47,195 nucleotides of DNA, taken from a virus (lineage: Duplodnaviria; Caudoviricetes). Position numbers and translations under genes: made by a program. Location: positions 1 to 47,195 of the IMG/VR virus record IMGVR_UViG_3300032665_000055; one strand, given 5' to 3'. Numbering within the stretch: position 1 is the stretch's first letter; every line of letters begins with the position of its first letter. Below, piece after piece: positions 27,226 to 36,860 of the stretch. Under the pieces are notes generated by a model that was not told the DNA's origin, made no database searches, and saw only the letters and a program-made list of their open reading frames with translations.

Positions 27226-30200
27226 ATGAAAAAACTCTTAATCGCGTTCGCGCTCTTATCATTCCTTTCGGTATTTGCGCAAGACATCCCGCTTCAGCCG
27301 CTGCACCATACTCGGTTCACAACCAACGATGACCCGACTTCAGTTGCGGCAACCGTAGCTGTTATTGGAACCAATCAAATCTCCAGCCTGTCGGTAAGTA
27401 ACAGCTCGCTATTAAATAATTTAAATATGTCAATATCCTTGGCAAGCGGCCAAGTTAGTAAAATAATGACTAGCTCAAATTCACCGTCGGATAGCGTTTA
27501 CAGTCCGAATATAAATAGTTCTACTGCATGGCAAGCGTTCACGCTAACAAACTATTGGACTGGCTCTCCAAGCGAGTTTACTAACTCGCAAATAATTTAT
27601 TCGTTTAGCTCGCCAACTTTTGTTATCTCGTATTCAGCCTATTTTGATTTTGGCTCGTTAGCTAACGCAAATGTCACTGTCGATATATCTTTAGATGGGA
27701 CAAATTGGATAAATCCGCTAACGATTACAGCTCCAGAGCGAACTCTTTTTACGACCCCAATAACCAATATGACAGTAAGTTATGTCCGGTGGACACTTAC
27801 GGCTGCTGCATTAAGCCAATCGCCAAAATCATCGCTTATGTCAATAAACGGTATTTCAGCAAATACTATAAACAGCGGCACGCTTCCGCTTTCTGTTATT
27901 GCCCCAAGCGGAACATACTTTTCTGGAAATGTTGACTCAATAATCGGCTACACCGTTAACGGTCAACCTGCTTTCTCTACAAACGGCGTGGTTTACTCTG
28001 ACGGCGGAAATACGAATCAGTCTAGGCCGTCAACCGGCATTACGGTATTTAGCCAGCTTTCAGTTTCTGGTTGCGTAGGCACTGGAACTAACTATAACGG
28101 AACATACAATTATACCGGCACTGGTTATTTTACAAATACTACGTCAGGGTGGTGCATTGTCGCGCCGTCTATTCTTTACGGAACCAACACGAGAAGCTAC
28201 AAGAGTTATTCAATGATAACGAACATATCTCTTAATGGAAAGGTTACTTCCGGCTCTGGAACGAATGGCAGTCCGTATTTCACCAGTCCAGTTCTAATTG
28301 GAACTTGGCCGACAAATACATATTCGTCAAATGCCTCTCCAACGGTTTTATATCCTTCGCTAGCGGCTGCTAATGCTAACATCGCAACCAATTCTGCATC
28401 GGATGGCAATCCGCTAATCAGCTCGAATCAAGTGGCCGCATTGATAGCAAGCTCCGCCACCCCCGGCGCGGTGACGAATGGCGGCACCTATTTAAGCTCT
28501 GGACTCACGATGCAATCCGGTGGACTTGGAATTGTAGCGTCAACCGGACAGACATTATTTTCCCCGGGCGGCTATCAATATGCCGTGCAGGGAACTTTTG
28601 CCGGGCAAGTCTTGCAGAATCCAAGCGGTATCCGTTATTGGCCCGGGGGTGCAGTTTTCGCTGGCGGCAACGGTCAAATCGGCTTTGCAAATGGCACCCA
28701 GTTTGCCGACACTAACGGCAACGTCACGGCCACGTCATTTTCTGGCTCCGGCTCCGGCTTGACCAACCTTACCATTCCTTCCACCTACGCCTTAAAAACC
28801 GATGCGACGAACGCGGCGAACAACGCCGTCGCCACGCAGCCGCTCCCGGCCACGAATGTCAGCGGCGTGATTCCCACAAACAATCTGCCGATGGCGCAAC
28901 TCGGCGGCTCCGCCACCCCTGGCGCGGTGACGACGAATAACTTTCCGGTGGCAATCACGCTCGGCAATCTGCCCGTCCCGCGTGCGTGGTGGAACGCGGA
29001 TGCTTTGGTGGGCTTGACCAATCAAACGCCAATCAATTCATGGACTGACTTGTCGGGAAATAGTAACGCGCTGGTTTCTGGTTACAGCAAATCGGCGACG
29101 TTCGACGCAACGGGCTGGGGCGGCCATCCGGCGGTGAACTTCAGCAATTCGTTTATGTCCCTGACGAATGGCTGCGCGGGCATGAGTAATTCATTTACTT
29201 GGATGCTGGTCTATAAGCAGACGGTGGTGGATGGCTCGGATGGCACACCGTCTTTCAACATGGGCGATTACAGTATTTTCTCCATCTCGATTTCGCCCTT
29301 TCAATATAATCCCTCTGCCGGGGCGTTTGGCGGTCAAGCGCTGGTATCTTTGACCGGGACTTATTCGGCGGGCAACGGACAGTTGACCGCCGCGCTTAAT
29401 CCTACAACTTGGCAACCGCAAGTTTTATTGGTGCGTTTTGACGGCACGAATATAGATGTTTGGCAAAACGGACTCTACGCATCGGGCGCAACTTTGAACG
29501 GCACCACGCCAACGGTTTGGCCTTTCAATAGCACTAATCAAAATCTCTACATCGGCAACATCGCGGAAAATGTTTTTCCGTGGTATGGCAAACTCTTTGA
29601 AAGCGTCATCTGGACAAATTCCTTGACGGCGCAACAGGTTCAAGTCGCCAACAATTACGCCGTGACAAAGTATGGCCTGAAAATTTCCATCGTGCTGGAC
29701 GGTGACAGTATTTCCTGCGGCGGCTCGCCGACGATCGGAGCCAAGCTGGTAGATGACTTGCAGGCGGAATTTCCAAGCCTAAATGTTTCTTGTGCGGCTC
29801 AAATTGGAACGGGCAGTTCTAATCGGTTGGTTTGCGCGACGAACCGGATGTTTGGCACGGGCGGCGACATCATCGTTTATCAAATCGGCGCGAATGATGT
29901 TGGATTCAATACCACCACCAACTTTCTCGCGCAGACCGAAGCGAACATTACGAATTACTGCTCGCTGGCGCATAGCTATGGCAAGAAGGTGATTTGGCGG
30001 ACTTGTATGACGTTGGCGCGGGAAACCAACACCACTCCGCAATGGCCCACGACTTTGAATCAATGGGCGCGTGCAACGTGGACAAACTGGTGCGATGGCC
30101 TTTCAGACGTGGCGCTTGACCCGATTTTAGGAACGCCCGGCGGTTATACCAATCTGCTTTATTTTCCCGACCTGACACATCCGACGAACGCCTCAATTTA

Positions 30201-30753
30201 CATGATGGCGCATAATTACGATGCTCCCGCCATCCGTAAGCTGCTGGGTTGGGGCTTGGCGCAATCAAAAAATTCCGTGATGGTGCCCTTGAGCCTTTCG
30301 GAACTCAACCCCATGCCCGGCGCCCCGGTCAACATCAACATCCCCAATCAGTTTTATTCTTCGGGCCTCCCGGTTGCTAATGGTGGTTATTGCATTTTTG
30401 CCCCGAACATTCGGGGCTTGGCGAACGGTCAATATACGAACTGGGTGTTTGAAGTGGACGCGCTGGTGCCAGCCAATGTGCCAGTGACAAACTCATGGGG
30501 CATCCGGTTTGGCACGAATAACCCGGCGACGGGGCTTTATGGCGGCATCGTGGGTGTGTTTCCAACTGTAACCTATAATTCGGCGGGGTCAAACATCGTG
30601 CAAATGATTCTGTCCACCAACCTGCCCTTGAGCCTTGTCACCAACTGCGTTGCCTGTCAGATGACGATGAATTTCAACCAAGGCACGGGCAATAACATTT
30701 ACATCCTGACCAGTGGCACCCTGACTGGCACCAACTCCGCAACGGGGAATTAA
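27226..30753 (+). CDS. Large secreted modular protein: fibre motif, LamG/ConA-like domain, SGNH hydrolase
   Basis: Signal MKKLLIAFALLSFLSVFA|Q; ATSFSGSGSGLTNL; AWWNADAL..SWTDLSGN; LDGDSIS, GAND, DLTHP. Confidence 0.8.
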   Translation: MKKLLIAFALLSFLSVFAQDIPLQPLHHTRFTTNDDPTSVAATVAVIGTNQISSLSVSNSSLLNNLNMSISLASGQVSKIMTSSNSPSDSVYSPNINSSTAWQAFTLTNYWTGSPSEFTNSQIIYSFSSPTFVISYSAYFDFGSLANANVTVDISLDGTNWINPLTITAPERTLFTTPITNMTVSYVRWTLTAAALSQSPKSSLMSINGISANTINSGTLPLSVIAPSGTYFSGNVDSIIGYTVNGQPAFSTNGVVYSDGGNTNQSRPSTGITVFSQLSVSGCVGTGTNYNGTYNYTGTGYFTNTTSGWCIVAPSILYGTNTRSYKSYSMITNISLNGKVTSGSGTNGSPYFTSPVLIGTWPTNTYSSNASPTVLYPSLAAANANIATNSASDGNPLISSNQVAALIASSATPGAVTNGGTYLSSGLTMQSGGLGIVASTGQTLFSPGGYQYAVQGTFAGQVLQNPSGIRYWPGGAVFAGGNGQIGFANGTQFADTNGNVTATSFSGSGSGLTNLTIPSTYALKTDATNAANNAVATQPLPATNVSGVIPTNNLPMAQLGGSATPGAVTTNNFPVAITLGNLPVPRAWWNADALVGLTNQTPINSWTDLSGNSNALVSGYSKSATFDATGWGGHPAVNFSNSFMSLTNGCAGMSNSFTWMLVYKQTVVDGSDGTPSFNMGDYSIFSISISPFQYNPSAGAFGGQALVSLTGTYSAGNGQLTAALNPTTWQPQVLLVRFDGTNIDVWQNGLYASGATLNGTTPTVWPFNSTNQNLYIGNIAENVFPWYGKLFESVIWTNSLTAQQVQVANNYAVTKYGLKISIVLDGDSISCGGSPTIGAKLVDDLQAEFPSLNVSCAAQIGTGSSNRLVCATNRMFGTGGDIIVYQIGANDVGFNTTTNFLAQTEANITNYCSLAHSYGKKVIWRTCMTLARETNTTPQWPTTLNQWARATWTNWCDGLSDVALDPILGTPGGYTNLLYFPDLTHPTNASIYMMAHNYDAPAIRKLLGWGLAQSKNSVMVPLSLSELNPMPGAPVNINIPNQFYSSGLPVANGGYCIFAPNIRGLANGQYTNWVFEVDALVPANVPVTNSWGIRFGTNNPATGLYGGIVGVFPTVTYNSAGSNIVQMILSTNLPLSLVTNCVACQMTMNFNQGTGNNIYILTSGTLTGTNSATGN

Positions 30754-30755
30754 CC

Positions 30756-31043
30756 ATGAAACCCTTCACCCTCATCCTCGCGTTGTTGGCGGCTGGCTGC
30801 TCGGCGGCTCCGGTCAATCTGACGTGCGACCCTTGTCCCGGCGCCGCGAGCTACACGGTATATGTCGTCACGGCCAGCGCGACGAATACCGTCAGCTATT
30901 CGAGCAATGTTTTCAATGGCGTGGACGTGCCCGCGAAAGCCTACGCCGCCGTGACGCAAACCGACACCAACGGCTTTGAATCCGATTGGAGCAACTGCCT
31001 GACGAACAGCGCGACGAAGCCCGCCAATCTGCGGAAGAAATGA
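30756..31043 (+). CDS. Small exported FN3-like protein, possible lipoprotein
   Basis: MKPFTLILALLAAGC; GAASYTVY and YAAVT..DTNGFESDWSN pattern. Confidence 0.65.
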   Translation: MKPFTLILALLAAGCSAAPVNLTCDPCPGAASYTVYVVTASATNTVSYSSNVFNGVDVPAKAYAAVTQTDTNGFESDWSNCLTNSATKPANLRKK

Positions 31044-31047
31044 TTTT

Positions 31048-31227
31048 ATGAATGAAGCGAAACACTTAAACGGAATCATTGGAACCATAACCACTGCTGG
31101 CGGTGCGGTAGTGGCGTGGCTTCCCACAGTTAATTTTGTTGTTCAAATAATTGCTGGCATCGTAGCCATAATTGTAGGGATAACAACTATTGCGTATTAT
31201 CATAAAAAATCAAAACTAATAAAATAA
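31048..31227 (+). CDS. Holin-like 59-aa membrane protein
   Basis: Read by hand: two hydrophobic segments, basic tail HKKSKLIK. Confidence 0.65.
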   Translation: MNEAKHLNGIIGTITTAGGAVVAWLPTVNFVVQIIAGIVAIIVGITTIAYYHKKSKLIK

Positions 31228-31231
31228 AAAC

Positions 31232-32209
31232 ATGAAAAAGACAACATCAATAGTAACACTCGAAGGGGCTATCTCGTTTCTAATCCCCAGCCTGACTACC
31301 GCTGGCGCTGGACTCGCGGTTGACCATATGACTTATCTCAAGGCAACCGCAATCTTGTTTGCCAGCCTAGTGGCAGGGCTATCGGGATTAAAGTCATTCC
31401 TTTCCACAACCTTCTCGAACTACTCTGCGCAAGGGGATAATAAAACGCCTGCACCCGCTCAGGCTGCGTTAGTTCCGCCGGTAGTTGCGATTATGCTACT
31501 TTGCACATTGGCCGCGCCTACGGCTATTTACGCGCAATCTGCGCCGCCTAGCATTGTAATTACGAACCTTGTAGTTACAACCAATGTCACAACCTATATG
31601 CCGGCATGGCCCGGACTTACGGCTCCAGCCCCGATTAACACTCCGGCAACTGCGCAACAGGGAGTTGATACAATCATTAAAGCTATCGAAAGCAGCCTGA
31701 CTAACTCTTATGCGATTGGGTATATGATTCATGTGCCAGGGTTAAGTCAAAAGTGGGGAGCCGGCGTCGGGCTTTATACTCCAATCAATCGCTACGCCGG
31801 AACACTATTAAGGTTCGACTATCTTGAAGGTGGAGTATGGATGCCGCAGGGCAATCTAGTTATCGGCTATCCTATCACCTTTGGCTACACCAACGGATTC
31901 TCTATCACTCCCAATGCGTTCGCTGGCGTAGCTCTGCCGGTAAGTGGCGCAAAGATTCAAATTGGAAGCATTGGTGGAGTTACTATCCCCGGCCATGTCC
32001 ACGATAATAACGGACAGGCTTCAGCTATTACTGGCAGCGGGCTTGATATATGTATCTACAAAACCAAGAATACTGACTTCCGTATCGTTGCCGACATTGA
32101 GCAATGGTCAGGCTTTCCCGGTGTTCAGCAACGTATCGGCATTGCCTACAATTCGCACCGGCCCGGACTCTTTGGCATCGGGCTCGACCTAGGCTTTGTT
32201 AAGTTATGA
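31232..32209 (+). CDS. Membrane protein: 2 TM segments, internal signal-like segment, beta-rich C-terminal domain
   Basis: Hydropathy by eye; alternating strands such as WGAGVGLY and RIGIAY. Confidence 0.65.
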   Translation: MKKTTSIVTLEGAISFLIPSLTTAGAGLAVDHMTYLKATAILFASLVAGLSGLKSFLSTTFSNYSAQGDNKTPAPAQAALVPPVVAIMLLCTLAAPTAIYAQSAPPSIVITNLVVTTNVTTYMPAWPGLTAPAPINTPATAQQGVDTIIKAIESSLTNSYAIGYMIHVPGLSQKWGAGVGLYTPINRYAGTLLRFDYLEGGVWMPQGNLVIGYPITFGYTNGFSITPNAFAGVALPVSGAKIQIGSIGGVTIPGHVHDNNGQASAITGSGLDICIYKTKNTDFRIVADIEQWSGFPGVQQRIGIAYNSHRPGLFGIGLDLGFVKL

Positions 32210-32679
32210 ATAACAATTACTTCGGCTTCCTTAATGACACGGTGGATGTTCGCACTGGCGACGGATTGAACGACGAGCTTCTCGAACATCTTTACTACAT
32301 CAAGAAAGACGGGACGAAACTTCGCGCTCCGAAAGGTGGAACCACTGACGGACTATCCGTTCCGCGCTGCGTGCAGAATATAATTCCCGCAACCGGGGGC
32401 GATTGGAAGTCCGGAGTAATTCACGATTCGGCATATCGGGGGCAGCTGGAAGTCCTCGACGAAATCGGGGAGTGGCGCAAAGCTCTTTACTCGCAAGCGC
32501 AGTCCGACAACCTGATTTTGGAGGCAATGGAGTCGCAGGAAGTTTCATGGATTATGCGCTACACAATTTACCGGGCACTGCGAATGTTCGGCAGTAAAGC
32601 CTATAAAGATGACCATACTATCATTTTTGCGTCCGAAAATTCGTCGCTTGATTCCAGTTATGACGGAGCAGATAAATAG
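32206..32679 (+). CDS. DUF1353 family protein
   Basis: PKGGTTDGLSVPR, VIHDSAY, IYRALRMFG. Confidence 0.8.
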   Translation: MNNNYFGFLNDTVDVRTGDGLNDELLEHLYYIKKDGTKLRAPKGGTTDGLSVPRCVQNIIPATGGDWKSGVIHDSAYRGQLEVLDEIGEWRKALYSQAQSDNLILEAMESQEVSWIMRYTIYRALRMFGSKAYKDDHTIIFASENSSLDSSYDGADK

Positions 32680-32691
32680 TTCTAATCCTTC

Positions 32692-32961
32692 CTAAACTGT
32701 CCTACGAGGCATCTTTACGGTCTTTTCAGAGTAAAGACGCCAGACAGCTATTGCCGCCACTTCTGACGAGCGTTTAACCCCCATTGCTTTCCGCAGTTTC
32801 AAGGATTGTTCGCGCATCACAATGAGACATAATCCCGCTCTGATAAACTCTCCATTTTCATCCTTTTCAAATATCCAATTCCAAGCCTGATTAAATTCAT
32901 CCAGCCTTGGCTCAAACGGAGTTATTTGAGACGGATTAAAACGCTCCCGCCAGATATTCAT
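32692..32961 (-). CDS. Hypothetical protein
   Basis: 89 aa, last early gene, ends KTVKMPRRTV. Confidence 0.65.
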   Translation of the reverse strand: MNIWRERFNPSQITPFEPRLDEFNQAWNWIFEKDENGEFIRAGLCLIVMREQSLKLRKAMGVKRSSEVAAIAVWRLYSEKTVKMPRRTV

Positions 32962-33404
32962 AAATTTATTTTCCCGTTTATTGGAAGCGAGTCAGGGCGG
33001 GCAACGAAGAAAATAACTGCGTCAATTTCCGTGTAATAATCCATTGTCGCGTTTGGCAATGGGTCATGCACATGATAAAATCCGATTGCGTTTTGCTCGC
33101 CAATTTTATCATTGAAAATTTCAGCGACAATAACATGCGGCAATCCTCTAGTAGTTTTAACTCCTAAAACGCAAATCGTCCCCGCCATTGGCATTGTTAT
33201 CGGCCAGCTCTTATCGGGTTTTCTGGCGATTTCAATATAAGAAAATCCACGCGGTTTTAACCACGCCATTGTTTGCTCCGCCCAATCCTTATTGTTGCAG
33301 GCGCATTGGTCAACCTCTGAAAGCTCAACTCCAAAAATAGTTGCAATGCAAGCCGCCCAACAATTTCCATCCGTTCCAAATCTTGTTTGATAAACTTTTT
33401 TCAT
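32958..33404 (-). CDS. Papain/C39-like peptidase-fold protein
   Basis: Q..GNCWAACIA, PHVIV, VHDP (Cys-His-Asp). Confidence 0.6.
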   Translation of the reverse strand: MKKVYQTRFGTDGNCWAACIATIFGVELSEVDQCACNNKDWAEQTMAWLKPRGFSYIEIARKPDKSWPITMPMAGTICVLGVKTTRGLPHVIVAEIFNDKIGEQNAIGFYHVHDPLPNATMDYYTEIDAVIFFVARPDSLPINGKINL

Positions 33405-33547
33405 TCAAAAAACCTTTCAATTTGTTTTCCGTATTTGTCAATCATTTGAAATTTGAACGTGATTAAATCGGGATGTTTTTCGGCTTTGAATTGATTCATG
33501 CGTTGAATCTCCCAATCTTTCATCGGATTACGAACCGGCATTTTCAT
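33401..33547 (-). CDS. 48-aa hypothetical protein (MKMPVRNP...)
   Basis: Read by hand; ATGA overlaps at both ends. Confidence 0.65.
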   Translation of the reverse strand: MKMPVRNPMKDWEIQRMNQFKAEKHPDLITFKFQMIDKYGKQIERFFE

Positions 33548-33909
33548 TTTCTTTTCTTTCCCCATCGTCCGTTAGCTCCAGCAAGTCCGCGACGCTTCCA
33601 TTTCTCTAACTTCATCTTATCTTCCGCGTAATCAATCTGCGCCCGCATTTGTTGCCATAATCCATTTTCGTCCAATGTGAAAAACTCGCTTCCGAAAATA
33701 ATCTTTTCCGACTCCGGCCAATGCTCCTTATCAATCTCACAAATCCGCCGCAGGTATTCAGAATTGTTTTCCAGCCCCTTGCAATGATTGTGTGAACGAT
33801 AATACCAAAGAGCCTTTAGGTAGCCTAATTGAACATGATTTGAATAACCGGCAACCGCACGGAAGTATTCGTCACCGCAAAACTTCAAATATGTATCAGG
33901 AGAAGCCAC
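33544..33909 (-). CDS. YdaU/DUF1376-like replication protein, N-terminal domain only
   Basis: GYLKALWYY, LRRIC, WQQMRA, GLAGANGRWG. Confidence 0.6.
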   Translation of the reverse strand: MASPDTYLKFCGDEYFRAVAGYSNHVQLGYLKALWYYRSHNHCKGLENNSEYLRRICEIDKEHWPESEKIIFGSEFFTLDENGLWQQMRAQIDYAEDKMKLEKWKRRGLAGANGRWGKKRK

Positions 33910-34014
33910 GTTACAATTTTAGGAAAATGTTCTGATAAGTCTCAACTACCTTCAACCCATTCCACAGCACAGAATTTATCTGTGTCATGGAAGGGATTTT
34001 ATACGGCGGCTTTG

Positions 34015-35001
34015 TCACTTGATTAGTTCCGGTTCGTAAGCGAACTCTTTTGACTTGGCGAGATTCTTGCAGGATTGCTTGTAGTAAGTTGCCTTCAATT
34101 CAAATCCAATCCCGCGACGATTGTTAATAACCGCTCCAAAGACTTCGCTGCCAACCCCCATGTAAGGAGTCAAAACCGTCTCGCGCTCATTGCTCCAAAG
34201 AATCACGGCACGCTCAATCACGTCAAGCTGCAATGGATGACAATGCTTTTCGTCGTCTGAATCCCGGCTTTCTTCGTATGGCAAAACATTGTCAATCCGA
34301 ATGTCATCCCAAAACGAGGATGCGTATTGCCGCCAAATCCAATGCGAGAAGCGGTTTTCAGTTTGCTTGCCCTTGAATCCCTTGAACCCCTGCAATTCAT
34401 GCGGCATGACGCGCTCGCCGCAATAGCGACTCAACCCATTTGGATGCGCCACTGGAATTTTATTCTCGCCTTTCTTGCGGAACATTAAAAGATAATCTGC
34501 GCTCGCCACGTCGCACAAAGTTGAATCAGCAACAATTTGAGCATGAGCCAACCCTTTTGCCATTGTCCGCATACGAACGCCAAGCGGCTCTTTCCAAATC
34601 GCGCGACGGCCACAAAACTGCATCCCATACTTTTCATGCAAACGGATAATGTCGCCGGGGAAGTCAATCAATCCACTCCCAACATTTGCGCCAACGCCCA
34701 TTTTTGCGGTATGTCCATTTCCGGTTCCCGGTATGTCCATGCAATGCACGGCGGACAACCTTCCCGCCATTGTAACGCGGGCGATTTGCTCGACACAAAA
34801 AGCGTAGTGCCCAAAGAATTGCTGATAGTCTTTGCAGTTGGACATATCACGCGGGTCGGAAGAATAATTATATAAGCCACAAAATGGCGGGCTATAAATT
34901 GATAGCGCAATGCTTTCTTCCGGCAGTTGTTTCATTCCCTCAATACAATCCGAATTGTAAAGGGCGTATTCGTCTGTGATTTTTGATTCTATTTTAGCCA
35001 T
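34015..35001 (-). CDS. DNA methyltransferase (N4C/N6A, beta class)
   Basis: SIYSPPF, KHCHPLQLDVIER, TPYMGVGSE, GFELKATYY. Confidence 0.9.
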   Translation of the reverse strand: MAKIESKITDEYALYNSDCIEGMKQLPEESIALSIYSPPFCGLYNYSSDPRDMSNCKDYQQFFGHYAFCVEQIARVTMAGRLSAVHCMDIPGTGNGHTAKMGVGANVGSGLIDFPGDIIRLHEKYGMQFCGRRAIWKEPLGVRMRTMAKGLAHAQIVADSTLCDVASADYLLMFRKKGENKIPVAHPNGLSRYCGERVMPHELQGFKGFKGKQTENRFSHWIWRQYASSFWDDIRIDNVLPYEESRDSDDEKHCHPLQLDVIERAVILWSNERETVLTPYMGVGSEVFGAVINNRRGIGFELKATYYKQSCKNLAKSKEFAYEPELIK

Positions 35002-36404
35002 GATGGAGTTTCGAGTTGATTGTTGCTGTTGGTTTTTCTTTCAATTTTCAGTTCATTGTTAATCAGATTTACGAGCTTGGAAAACATAACTTCCGCCTGC
35101 GCTTCTTTGCGCTTAAAATTTGAAACCACATTGCTTTCCCCTTCGGAAGTTATCATATCAATCTGGACATTTTTCTTTTGCCCAAAGCGATAAGACCGGC
35201 GGACAGCCTGATACCATTGCTCAAATGAGTGTGATGGAAAATGGGTTTGATGATAGCAGAATTGCATATTCAAACCAAATCCGACCATGATGCTTTTGCT
35301 GACAAGGTTTTTAACCTGGCCCGACATAAACGCCGCCATCTTTTCCTCTTTCAATTCGTCGGAATCATCGCCGGAAACCTGAACGCAATCAGGAATCAAT
35401 TTTTCCAGCAAGTCGCCTTCGGAGTTTAGAAAGCACCAAGCGATTGAACTGCCTTTGTGTTCGGTGCAAAGTTTAGCGGCCATTTCGCAACGCTCTTGCA
35501 ATGTGCGTCGCCGCTCGCTTCTCTGTTCCTGCAATCCAACGGCAGGCATTTCAAATAAATAATCAGGATTTTTAACCGATGACTTAACAACGTGCTCCTG
35601 CATTATCATTTTCGGCAGCTTGTAACCTTCGTCGGAAAATCCCAAGTCGGACGGTTTGCGGACAGCTCGCGCCCATGAGCAAACCCAACGCCAAAAATCA
35701 TTTTCCGCGTGTCCACGAAAACGCCACTTGGCCGACTCGTTCAATTTATTGAAATCCATTCCACGATGCCGATAAACGGAAGGATGCAAACTGTTCTGCG
35801 CGTTCTTAAAAAACCTCGCCAGCATATCCATATAGCCAAGCTCACCTAATGCCTCTGACGACGTTCCAAGTTCAATATAATCATTCGGCGCGGCGGTCGC
35901 GGTGTAAAGCGAGCGATATTCCAGTTTCCGCATAAACTCCGTTATCTGCGATTTAATTTCTCCATCAAAGTTTTTAAGGATTGAGCTTTCATCGCAAGCA
36001 ACGCCGGAAAAGTCCTGCCAATTAAATTTGTGAAGCTGCTGATAATTGGTGATGACAATCTTTGAATTTATTTGACCGTCGCGGGATTGTTTGCACTCAA
36101 TTTCAAACTTCTCTCCTTCGCGGACAGTTTGCGAGCCAACTGCCAGCGGCGTTAAAATCAGAACCGGCTTATTGGTTTTCTCAACGACGTTCTGCGCCCA
36201 ACAAAGCTGAATTGGCGTCTTACCTAATCCACAATCAGCCATTGTCGCACTCCGTCCTTTTAACACCGACCATTCCAGCAATGCCTTTTGAAATGGAAAA
36301 AGGAAATCCGGCATGAAGGTTGGCTTGAATCCAGAATTGCCGCCAAGCTGCGATTTTGCATTTACAAAATCATCGTAACTTATTTTTTTTCTAACTGGTA
36401 TCAT
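34989..36404 (-). CDS. SNF2-like superfamily 2 helicase
   Basis: ADCGLGKT, CDESS, TATAAPND, QAVRRSYRFGQ. Confidence 0.9.
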   Translation of the reverse strand: MIPVRKKISYDDFVNAKSQLGGNSGFKPTFMPDFLFPFQKALLEWSVLKGRSATMADCGLGKTPIQLCWAQNVVEKTNKPVLILTPLAVGSQTVREGEKFEIECKQSRDGQINSKIVITNYQQLHKFNWQDFSGVACDESSILKNFDGEIKSQITEFMRKLEYRSLYTATAAPNDYIELGTSSEALGELGYMDMLARFFKNAQNSLHPSVYRHRGMDFNKLNESAKWRFRGHAENDFWRWVCSWARAVRKPSDLGFSDEGYKLPKMIMQEHVVKSSVKNPDYLFEMPAVGLQEQRSERRRTLQERCEMAAKLCTEHKGSSIAWCFLNSEGDLLEKLIPDCVQVSGDDSDELKEEKMAAFMSGQVKNLVSKSIMVGFGLNMQFCYHQTHFPSHSFEQWYQAVRRSYRFGQKKNVQIDMITSEGESNVVSNFKRKEAQAEVMFSKLVNLINNELKIERKTNSNNQLETPSWLK

Positions 36405-36676
36405 ATCGTTTTCCTCACTGGCATTTTAATTGTTTTCGGAAGCTGTGAATCCAAAGTTTGCATCGGTGGCTTTGGCGCGAGAATTTTCCCTCTAATCTTT
36501 TCCGCCCATTCCATTTCGCTTGCTCCAACTCCAAATTGAGCCGGCATCGGCTCGCTTTCTAGCGGTTTCCTTTCCAGCTTTCCGTTTTCACTTGCCAAAT
36601 CGTGACGACGTTTTTTCTCCGCCCATTTTGCCAAAGCGCGGGAGTAATCGTTTAGTCTTTCCATTGTTGAAGCCAT
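36401..36676 (-). CDS. Hypothetical protein
   Basis: 91 aa, ends KTIKMPVRKTI. Confidence 0.65.
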   Translation of the reverse strand: MASTMERLNDYSRALAKWAEKKRRHDLASENGKLERKPLESEPMPAQFGVGASEMEWAEKIRGKILAPKPPMQTLDSQLPKTIKMPVRKTI

Positions 36677-36677
36677 A

Positions 36678-36860
36678 TTAATAATTCCTTATTGAATCAA
36701 AATCATTTCCACAATCAGAGCAAAGATAATGAAATGGATTTTTACTTTGGCCGACAGAATAAAGACAAGTCGTATTTCTTGATTTGCAGTATGGGCATTT
36801 CTGCGGAATCAAAATTGCAATGCAGAAACTTATCAAAACTATTAAAATTAAAATTGTCAT
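36678..36860 (-). CDS. Small membrane-anchored zinc-ribbon protein
   Basis: Hydrophobic N-terminus, CPYC...CSDC. Confidence 0.6.
   Translation of the reverse strand: MTILILIVLISFCIAILIPQKCPYCKSRNTTCLYSVGQSKNPFHYLCSDCGNDFDSIRNY

Noticed and set aside
24408-30753. Diversity-generating retroelement
   Set aside because: No reverse transcriptase; repeats differ at varied, largely synonymous sites rather than specifically at adenines.
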